Below are positions 24,501 to 36,500 of a stretch of DNA of 64,000 nucleotides, piece by piece. Source of the DNA: Antedon mediterranea (lineage: Eukaryota > Animalia > Echinodermata); contig NC_092679.1 of the NCBI RefSeq assembly GCF_964355755.1, positions 11,577,432 through 11,641,431 of the forward strand, written 5' to 3'. The notes beneath the pieces were generated by a model that was not told the DNA's origin, made no database searches, and saw nothing but the letters and a program-made list of their open reading frames with translations. The position numbers and the translations under genes are program-made. Each line of letters opens with the position of its first letter. Positions within the stretch are counted from its first letter, which is position 1.

Positions 24501-27500
24501 AAGAAAAACATTTTGCATGAGATGTACAGTACACGACCGATTTGAAAAGCGAGCCATTCAAACCACGACCGATTTCAAGCCAGCTATGGCTAGGAAGATA
24601 GGTCTATGCTAAACCTGCTAATAATAGGCTGGCAAAACCTCTGTCAACTTACTAACTTACTAACTGTACCCAAGCAAGGAATCCATCAAAAGTAAGGAAT
24701 ATAATTTACTGTAGCTCACTAAATAGCAAATAATTGGCAATATTATTAAATTTAAATATAATGATGAATTTTGGGCTTATTCAACCCAGATTTGGTGTGA
24801 TGATTCCATCCTCTTTTTGACCCAAACTTCGTACAGTTTTTAACTAAATGATTGTTAAATAATGTTAATATACATTGGTGATATTTATCATTTTTTAAAA
24901 AGCTGTTTAAAACAATCATGCATTATTTCAATTTCTGATACATTACCAACTATAGAATATCTTTGTTAAATTAAATATTTGAGAGAATTTCAATTTAACC
25001 ACACTAAGCTTTGGCATGTGCAAAATACTTATTGAATAATTTCAAGTGCATGGCGATCGCTGTACTTTACTTCCCAAAAAAACAACCGTGTAGGCAATGA
25101 TGAGTAAAAACAATGTGAAGTCAAGCTGGCCTAACTTCAATATTGGTTACAATCCAGGTTGTCTGTCATAGGTAATTTTTATGCTGCGAAGAAATAACCG
25201 GTTATTAAACCATGTGAATGAATTAGTTAAACCCAATTTCTTGGCAGCTGAAACTGGACAAATTTTCAGTAAACGGTTAAATGGCAGCATGAAAATAATT
25301 GTTACAAACCCCTAATAAATAATAATAATATAATAGATTTGGCCATTTATTTGCAATCAATTATTCATTGTTTTGCTGTTTATATTATAGCCAATCTGTT
25401 GAACAATTGATGAAGGAATCTGGATGTACCTTAGAACACTCTGCTGCAGCTCAATTCCGTACTCATGTAATGGAAGGAAAATGGCAGAACGTAAGTACTG
25501 TACTACTGTAATTACAAAACACCAAATCATGGCCTAAAAGTGGTCCAGAATTTGGATCCTGGTCTGAATTTTCTCAAAATTTGGTAAGATTCCTCTTTTA
25601 GTTTTAGTTATCCTTCTATACTAACAGAACAAATATTACAAACAAATACATTTCGGGCACAAAAATAACCTCCTTAGCGAACAATAATACATATACCTAG
25701 TTAAAAGTAGTAATTTTACATCAGGGAAGTCATTTTAAAATTTAAAAGGGCCTGCTTATTATTTGTTAACAATTTACGCATAGACGTTTTGTTTAAAAAT
25801 AAAAATTCTAATTCCAGACAATGAAGCTATCATTTTAGTTACATCTGTACCAGGACAATGTTACAACAATACAGTACCTACTGTATGATATAATTAAGAC
25901 ATTTTAAAGAGCATTATTGGAATCCTGTTTCTTGTCAAATGCAGGATCCAAAGAAAAAGATAAAATGAACTACAAAGCAACAAGTGACTTAAAACATATT
26001 CTAAAGTATTTAAGTGAAATTTAAAACCTTTTAATTTGTGTTAAACGATAAATATGGATTTAGCATGTCTTGTCTAATCTTGCTTAGTTTCTATAATGAG
26101 TTGTGTCTTTATTTAAAAATTAAAAAAATGTTTACTTCAAACAAAATGCCCTGAAAATTCCTTTTATTTTTTTTAAAGACACCTTCCCTACGTTTTTTAG
26201 ATCTATTTTAAGATCACAAACTATATTAAATCTAAAAATAATACTATATGGTCCTATTGCGATAACTTTTTTCGTCTTTAAATGGTTAAAAATGTGAAAA
26301 ATAAGTCGATTCTAATATTTATAGGGGCCCGCTATAAATCCCAAAATGCATTGCGTGCAGATTGATATTTCTGTTTTTCTTCTGTAATTCACCCACTTTT
26401 TGATCGATCGTGAGGCCAAAACAAATGGAAGACTCCAAACTTTTCAGCGAAAATACCAGGTTTTCCCCAATTTGTATCAACGGAGTCTGGCAAAAATAGA
26501 AAGACAATTAATGCAGCAACTATACAACGTCAGACTAGGTATATAGCTAGCGTACGATGTTCGTACATTACCGATGTTTACCAGCTAGGCCTACAAAACT
26601 AAGCCTAACTAGGCTAGGCCTAAAGACCGTCCACGAGAGGTGAGTCGCCGCGAGCTACCTAGGTAGTGCATTGTTTCTCACTTTTTATCATAATTTACCA
26701 TAAAACGTACATTTAAGACAAGGAATGACCTGGTTTAATGTTTTTAAAGTAATATATATGTATTATTTTTACAAAACGTCACAAATTGTAGGGAAGGTGT
26801 CTTTAATTTGAGCAATTTTGTTTTTTATATTCAGGCTGAAGAAGACTTGCAAGAAATTCGACTTCTTATAACTAGTCCACAAGAACTGTTAAAGATGCAA
26901 TTTCTACTATTAGAACAAAAGTACCTAGAATATTTAGAAGAGGGTCAACTTAATGAAGCCTTGCATTGTCTTCGTCATGAATTAACACCTCTCAAGTATA
27001 ACTCAGAACGGGTTCATTCGCTAAGCAGGTTTGTTACATTTGGAAGATTCACTTGGGCCTGCATTTCTTTAAAAAATAGAAACATATACATCATGAAATA
27101 TGAATGTTGTCTATCCTGTTAAAGTTAAATCCTCTATATTACTCAAAATACATTTTTTAAGTCTGAAAAGCTTTCCGACAAATGTGATTTCTTCCAAGAA
27201 TACTGCAATATTTCATTTTCTTTTTAAAGTTGCAGCTATAACATTTGTACACCTCTCTTAAGCTACAACCTAGACATTTTAGATTGGGCTTTTAGGAGAT
27301 TTGACCTTATGTCATGTGTAAACAAATATACAGTATTTTTAAGGCACAAAAACTGTATAATATCCACAAATTAATTAGAGAAATATATGGTGTATAATAT
27401 TAAGGTACATAAGGTGAATATCTTTTATTTGTAAAGTTCACTATACATGTTTACCATTGCCATTTCTTAAAGCACGATAGGTCAATGTGAGTAGTTATAT

Positions 27501-30500
27501 ACCAGAAATCGCCAGTATCGATGGTAGCATGTATTTATTTTATTTCACCTTATTTATAGAGGGTGACCCTAAACACTGTATGCTGCCAATCAAGGTCTTG
27601 ATGAGTAATGAGAAGTGTCTGTGTGCGACAGTCACAGTGTGAATAGTCGTACACCAGGGTAACCCACTACTCGTCTCGAAAGATGTACTAGGTTCTTTAA
27701 AGTGCACATGAGCCAGATTTACACTCGACCTACGGTTTATAGTCCTCCACGAGCACTCGTTCTACCACCAGAACCATGGAGAGAGTGAGACTTGAACCCT
27801 TGCCGATTTTAAAATGGCATGGTATTACAGTTCCTCTCCTCTCTATACCGGTAATTCCCCACAATCATACTGTAGTGTTGGTTTGTTTTACATAGGGCTA
27901 AAAAAGTTCTTTTCTTATCCTAAGACAAACAAAGAGCTCAGGGTTTCTTATAATCTACTTATACTCCGTTCATTGATAATTTGCAATTTATTTTATATTC
28001 AGTTTTTTAATGTACACTAACAAAGATGAATTACATAAACAAGCCAATTGGGAAGGAAAAGGACTTGCATCTAGAACAAAGCTAATGGAGCAGCTACAAG
28101 GTAAACATACATTCATACCAAGAATTTACACTGTTATGAGGCCTAAAAAAAAAGTTTTTTTTTGTTTTTTTTGTTTTTTTTAATGCTAATTTCTCTGTTA
28201 ATTGTACGCGAATTTGAGAGTAACAAAACACACTGAATAAAACAACGAGCTCAAACATCTATTCATAATTTGTTTCACACTTTAATTCTGTTTTGGGCGC
28301 GTTAGGCTCCGTGTCTAAAAACAGTCTAAACTAGCCTAGGCTAGGCCTACTACACAGTAGGTCGTTGTTAGCAGGCCTAATTAAATATTTTAGAAGTTAG
28401 TGTACCGTATATTTCGGTGTATAAGTCGCACCTGTGTATAAGACGCACCCCCTAACTGAGAGTAAAATATCGGTATTTTGTATATCGTCGATGTATAAGA
28501 CGACCGCGCCCAGCCTCAACAAGAAGGGAAGTCCCCCATTCCGTCAGTTCTTTCTAACTTGTTATTCATGATTTTCGCACCCGCAACATCGAGTGCATGA
28601 CCGCACATGTGTGTGGGCTAGCCTCGCTCGATCCTTTTATCGAGAGGCGCACGTTTTCACGGACAATCGTATTCGATTAGTATCTATGTATCCTAGAAGT
28701 GTGTACGCTAGGTCTATGCTATAATCAACTGGAGAATATACTAGTCGAATACTGTACACCATGTGGTTGCCAAGAAGGGCTTGCTCGCGCTGGGGGTACG
28801 ACGGTCGTGCGTATAACTATAACACTATTCCAATCGTAAACGTTTACAAATGAAATTTTATCGGAGCGCCTAAAACAGCTCCATAATGAACAAATCTTTT
28901 CATCATATTTAGTACAAAATCACGCTAAAATGCCTTGAAAACTAGCAGGTTGTTGTTACGCTAGTACACTGTAGCTAGGCTATGCCTACTCTTTAGTAAT
29001 ACTAATAGGCCTTACCTTAAAAAGCCCAGGCCTAGCCAACGAGGTGGCGATATCTGTGTGTTGAGGCATTTATGTTCGTTGTATAAGACGCACCCTTAAT
29101 TTAGAGGTTAAATTTGCGTGTCAAAAGTGCGATTATACACCGAAATATACGCTACGTTATTATTTTTATTGTTTCATCCTCACACACTCGATTTTTACAC
29201 CTTGTCGGCCAAAAAAAATCATAAAAAAACTTTTTTTTTAAAAGCGCCCTCAACGTAAAAAAAAAAACTTTTTCTTATCTCCGCCCCAAATTTTTGGCGA
29301 AATTAGGGGCGGCGGATGACAGCAAACAAACTATTTTTTTTTTTAGGCCTGATAATGGTTGCTGCAAATCTAACCATATAAAATACCACTACAATTAGGC
29401 CAATTAAAAAAATATGTCAATGTCAAAGGACAATTACAAGTTTCTATTTTGGCAAGGCGAGCTCAGTGTCCTGTTGTTTAATTGTCTTGATGTAACACAG
29501 CCGTATTTGATGCCTATGAAATGTATTTCCAAATCTCAATTTTTAATTTTTTTTTTATAGTTTTTTTCCCGCCATCTGTGATGCTACCACCAAAACGAAT
29601 GCATAATCTATTGAAACAAGCACTTGAGTATCAGCAGCAGAGGTGTCCTTACCATAATACTAAAATACCTGATAGCATAGAATCAGTTTCATTACTTACA
29701 GATCACACCTGTAGTAGGTAAGGTTAACATATATTATATTAGTATTTACTTTATTATTCTCATTTTAAGTGAGTTCATTCAATTTCCATCTCAAAGTACG
29801 TGGCAATTCTTTTCACAAGACAAACATCGTTTTTATTTATTTTGTAATTGTATGTATTTTTGAAAAATAAATATATTATCATTATTTATTTTGTTTTATA
29901 TAGATTGTCATTTCCATGCAAGACTAAACAAATTTTAACAGAGCACTGTGATGAGGTGCTGTATAGTTGTTTTTCTCCAAATGGGTGCAAATTAGCCACA
30001 GGTTCTAAGGATGGTACACTGATTATTTGGGAAGTTGTTAAGGTAAATCAGGATAATCTAGCACTTTTTTTAAATGTTGACACATAATGTCTATTTGTGT
30101 TGTAGCCAGCATAAATAGTACTAATACCAGGACCAATAATCACCTAAATTGTGCTGCCAAATTTAAGAAATTATGGCATGTAACATGGCCAATTAAAATT
30201 ATTATTATCATGAACAAAAGAACACAAGGACTTGAATCACTCTGAGCTCAAATGTCAACTGACATATATATTATTAAATAAGTTCATTTGGATCTGATAA
30301 TGTAATGTGAAAAAAAGTTACTTTTATATGATCCAATATAGTGTCAAGTTTGTAAGATGATATCGGTACTACATTTCCAGAGAACTTGACGTTTCACCTA
30401 CTAACAGCAAGGCATAATCATCATCACATATGATTATGCCTTGCTGTTAGTAGGCGAAACGTCAAGTTCTCTGGAAATGTAAGTACCGATATCATCTTAC

Positions 30501-33500
30501 AAACTCGACACTATATTGGATCATATAAAAGTAACTTTTTTTCACATTACATATATATATATCATGCGTTTACATTTGAGGGTGTGTAGTGATGCAAAAA
30601 AGACACACTGTTTAAAAAGCGTGTTTGTTTGATTGACAGCAGTGCTTTAGCATATGCAAGCACGTTAGTTAATCTTTTGTCCATAGCATCATTCAGAAAC
30701 AAAACACATGCTACGATCGGTTTACTTACAATGTATAATATGTCTATAATTAGTTTGTCATGTATTAATATATTAAAATAAAAGTCCTTAAGTATTAAAA
30801 AAATGATATTTTTTCAGGAAACACACAAACTAAAGTTGGCTCACACTCTTGATGGTCATTCTAGTGGTGTGTTTTTTATGTCTTGGAGTCCAGATAGTAA
30901 ATTTATTATAGCATGTGGACCAGATGATTGTGCTGATTTATGGATATGGAATACTGAGGTATGGCTTCTTAATACTGTGCATTTAGAACATCTTCTTTTG
31001 GGGCACCCCTCTTAGGGGGCATGTGTTAACCAATGAATGATTAATGTTGATGTTCTTTTTCTTCATCCATCTACCTATGGCATTTTCACTTGTGCGAGAT
31101 TTTCTTCAACTAATAATGAAAATTTTAGTATTTAATATTTTATTTAGCCAAATTAAAAAGGATAAATTTAATAAATAACACAGTTTACATGCTATGCCTA
31201 TGTTAGGGTTAAAATATTGTTTAAATGTAAAAAATTATATTGTTACCGAGTGAAAAGCTAGCCCTTAATCAGCTGGCACCTCATCCTCAGTCTAAAATCG
31301 CTAAATTGTAAATAGCTTGTTGATATAAAGTTTGCGGTACACCACATATATTTAGTTCTGAGAAGTTATCGACGTTTCGATCAATATATTTTGATTGTCC
31401 TCGAGATATGAAAACATATTGATTTCACCATGCAAACCTTCAATAATATTTCTTGGGTAAATTTTTATTCAAGTTATACTGTACTTGAATTGTAATGTGT
31501 CTGTTTTAAAGTTGGGTGTAATTATTCCGCCATGACCTTGTTTTTCTGGAGCAAGAGGTACTGTAGATCCATGATGGAAAAATATATTCTTTTTTTCTTA
31601 AACTGGTTCTCTAATTGCTATTGGCTATTTGGCGAATGAATAGTGCGAGCGAGGTTATGTACACCTTTTGATTATCATGTAATGTGTTTTCTACCTTTTA
31701 GACTGGTATATTAAAAACTAAGATGACACATTCACCAGAAGATAGTCTAACATGTGCTGCTTGGAATGTAGATGGCAAGAGGTTTGTTACTGGTGGAATC
31801 AAGGGTCAATTTTATAGATGTGTAAGTTCAAGGGTCAATTTTATAGATGTGTAAGTTCAAGGGTCAATTTTATAGATGTGTAAGTTTTTGTTACAATTTT
31901 GCATTTAACATTACATTCTATTATGAAATGTTTGTTCATATGAACTTTGTAATCTGTGATATCAATATAGATTATATACAAAATTATACCACACGTGAGT
32001 GTATTTGAACAACATATGTGAACAGTATAGATCTACTGAAATGAAGTGATGTTTATGTGAACAGTATATTTTGTGAAAATGTTGAGAATTTTTCTGTTGA
32101 CTGATCTGCATTAAAAAATCAATGTTATACTGTGCGTCTTCAAAAGTAATTGGATAATCTAAAAAGCACATTCTCTTTTCATTCAGCATATTGATGGTGG
32201 AATTATTGATTCCTGGGAAGGGGTTAGAGTTCATAGTATATGTACTAAGTCCGATGGCAAGACTGTTCTCGCATCGGATACGCACAAAAGAATCAGAGCT
32301 TACATTTTTGAAGAAATTACTGACTATAATGTGTAAGTAAAATACAGAATAATTAGTGAATTTATCAACCAGGGTGTGCCTATATGCTGTGTGGAGCTAT
32401 GTACAGAATTCAAAGGACCAGGGTGTGCCTATTCTGTGTGGAGCTATGCCACAGAATTCAAAGGACCAGGTTGTGCCTATGCTGTGTGGAGCTATGCCAC
32501 AGAATTCAAAGGACCAGGGTGTGCCTATGCTGTGTGGAGCTATGCCACAGAATTCAAAGGACCAGGGTGTGCCTATGCTGTGTGAAGCTATGCCACAGAA
32601 TTCTATGGATGCGATTTTTTAAAGATATTATTGCAACATTAAAAACAAGGGGAAACACTGAAAAGTTCTTGGAATTTTCTTGAGAGCTATTTGATGGCGG
32701 TCAATGCACCAAACACTTGGATATATTTTGGCACATCCCTAAAGGAAAATAATGTTATGTTAAAGTATTAATATTTCAATGATCACTAGTTATAGATTTA
32801 AACGTTTTAAGGCTCTTTCACACCTATTCTGGTCCGGTGCTGGGAAATCCAATTGAACGTCAATGTTTCGTTTTCACGCGGCTATGCGCATATCGATTGG
32901 CACATAGTTGTGTGGAGCGTCGTGAAAACGAAACAATGATGTTCAATTCGTTGGACTGGAACCGTGCCGGAACAGGTGTGAAAGACCCTTTACTCTTGCT
33001 ATTATCGCACTGAATGTGAGATGAAATTATGATATAATGCGTTAAATAAATATATTGATATTTTAATGCAAGTAAAAAGGAAAATATTAAATATTCAAAA
33101 TTTGAATTTGAGATGAATTTGATTTAAGTAAATATTTATATCCATTTCCTACTTCAGCATTTTCTGACTTTCATTTCAGAATTCAAGAAGATCACCCAAT
33201 CATGTCTTTTGTTTTGAGTTCTAATGAACGATATGCGTTGTTAAATGTTGCCAACCAAGGAGTTCATATGTGGGATATTAAGGATAAGATATTGGTGCGC
33301 AAGTTTCAGGGAATCACACAGGGCTTCTATGCCATTCATGCTTGTTTTGGAGGTGTAGGCGAAAATTTCATTGCCAGTGGTAGTGAAGGTATGTTAAATT
33401 TCTAGGTGCATCGAAATAGTGCCAAAGCCATGTTATGTCAGTAAATTGAAGTTAGACCCTTTTCTAATTTCTTTATAACAGTATAGAGCTCATGGCATTT

Positions 33501-36500
33501 AGGTATACAGTGCTTGCAGAACCTTGCTTGCAATTAAATGTCAGGCAATTAGAATTTCTCTACATATAGATCAAGTTTCTCCAAGCTGGACACTTGAATG
33601 TCTTATATTATTATTATTATTATTATTTATTGCCAAAAACCAGATACAAACAAACAAAAACACAGAAACTAAGGGAGTAGGCAGGAACCTAAAAGTGAAC
33701 CTAATCACTATAACAAGAGTTCAGGTTCCGTACTCCCAAAGTAACAACAATGATATATAATAAACTATATAAAAATATTTAAATAACAAATAGACGAATC
33801 AACAGTGTCAATATAAAATAAACGGATAAAATACATTATAGTCGATTCAACAAAGTCAATATAAAACATGTGATTTAAGTTTGATAGCAAGGGAGACTTC
33901 CTTGTTATATGGACTGTGTGGTAACCCCTGGGTTTCCTAGGTTTGCTTTTGCAAGTTATCAATTCTACAAGACCAGCTGATTGACGTTCCTTTGAATGAC
34001 AGATAAGCATTGTATTTCAAATTTGTTGATTTTGCAATTTACAATTTACTGCTGTCAAAAATATTTTTTATATGTGCATTGTTTATAAGAAACTTTGAAA
34101 TATGTAATTGTAAATCATACTAAAATAATATATCTACAGTATAAAATTATCATGGTTACTGTAACTAATTAAAATTAAAATTTTAAAATTCTGCAACAGG
34201 TCGATCATCTCTTGTATAGATAGCTTTTTGCTTATATTTGTTATTTCCATTGAGATCCAGCCACTGAAACCCACAGCATTGTCATTTTGTATCTCCATTG
34301 AGATCCAGCCACTGATACCCACAGCATTGTCATTTTGTATCTCCATTGAGATCCAGCCACTGATACCCACAGCATTGTCATTTTGTATCTCCATTGAGAT
34401 CCAGCCACTGATACCCACAGCATTGTCATTTTGTATCTCCATTGAGATCCAGCCACTGATACCCACAGCATTGTCATTTTGTATTTCCATTGAGATCCAG
34501 CCACTGATACCCACAGCATTGTCATTTTGTATCTCCATTGAGATCCAGCCACTGATACCCACAGCATTGTCATTTTGTATCTCCATTGAGATCCAGCCAC
34601 TGATACCCACAGCATTGTCATTTTGTATCTCTATTGAGATCCAGCCACTGATACCCACAGCATTGTCATTTTGTATCTCCATTGAGATCCAGCCACTGAT
34701 ACCCACAGCATTGTCATTTTGTATCTCCATTGAGATCCAGCCACTGATACCCACAGCATTGTCATTTTGTATCTCTATTGAGATCCAGCCACTGATACCC
34801 ACAGCATTGTCATTTTGTATCTCCATTGAGATCCAGCCACTGATACCCACAGCATTGTCATTTTGTATCTCCATTGAGATCCAGCCACTGATACCCACAG
34901 CATTGTCATTTTGTATCTCCATTGAGATCCAGCCACTGATACCCACAGCATTGTCATTTTGTATCTCCATTGAGATCCAGCCACTGATACCCACAGCATT
35001 GTCATTTTGTATCTCCATTGAGATCCAGCCACTGATACCCACAGCATTGTCATTTTGTATCTCCATTGAGATCCAGCCACTGATACCCACAGCATTGTCA
35101 TTTTGTATCTCCATTGAGATCCAGCCACTGATACCCACAGCATTGTCATTTTGTATCTCCATTGAGATCCAGCCACTGATACCCACAGCATTGTCATTTT
35201 GTATCTCCATTGAGATCCAGCCACTGATACCCACAGCATTGTCATTTTGTATCTCCATTGAGATCCAGCCACTGATACCCACAGCATTGTCTTTTTGTAT
35301 CTCCATTGAGATCCAGCCACTGATACCCACAGCATTGTCATTTTGTATCTCCATTGAGATCCAGCCACTGATACCCACAGCATTGTCATTTTGTATCTCC
35401 ATTGAGATCCAGCCACTGATACCCACAGCATTGTCATTTTGTATCTCCATTGAGATCCAGCCACTGATACCCACAGCATTGTCATTTTGTATCTCCATTG
35501 AGATCCAGCCACTGATACCCACAGCATTGTCATTTTGTATCTCCATTGAGATCCAGCCACTGATACCCACAGCATTGTCATTTTGTATCTCCATTGAGAT
35601 CCAGCCACTGATACCCACAGCATTGTCATTTTGTATTTCCATTGAGATCCAGCCACTGATACCCACAGCATTGTCATTTTGTATTTCCATTGAGATCCAG
35701 CCACTGATACCCACAGCATTGTCATTTTGTATCTCCATTGAGATCCAGCCACTGATACCCACAGCATTGTCATTTTGTATCTCCATTGAGATCCAGCCAC
35801 TGATACCCACAGCATTGTCATTTTGTATCTCTATTGAGATCCAGCCACTGATACCCACAGCATTGTCATTTTGTATCTCCATTGAGATCCAGCCACTGAT
35901 ACCCACAGCATTGTCATTTTGTATCTCCATTGAGATCCAGCCACTGATACCCACAGCATTGTCATTTTGTATCTCCATTGAGATCCAGCCACTGATACCC
36001 ACAGCATTGTCATTTTGTATCTCCATTGAGATCCAGCCACTGATACCCACAGCATTGTCATTTTGTATTTCCATTGAGATCCAGCCACTGATACCCACAG
36101 CATTGTCATTTTGTATCTCCATTGAGATCCAGCCACTGATACCCACAGCATTGTCATTTTGTATCTCCATTGAGATCCAGCCACTGATACCCACAGCATT
36201 GTCATTTTGTATCTCTATTGAGATCCAGCCACTGATACCCACAGCATTGTCATTTTGTATCTCCATTGAGATCCAGCCACTGATACCCACAGCATTGTCA
36301 TTTTGTATCTCCATTGAGATCCAGCCACTGATACCCACAGCATTGTCATTTTGTATCTCTATTGAGATCCAGCCACTGATACCCACAGCATTGTCATTTT
36401 GTATCTCCATTGAGATCCAGCCACTGATACCCACAGCATTGTCATTTTGTATCTCCATTGAGATCCAGCCACTGATACCCACAGCATTGTCATTTTGTAT

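Noticed and set aside
32356-32683. Cys-rich and other repetitive ORFs in three frames
   Set aside because: Translations of a 48-bp intronic tandem repeat.
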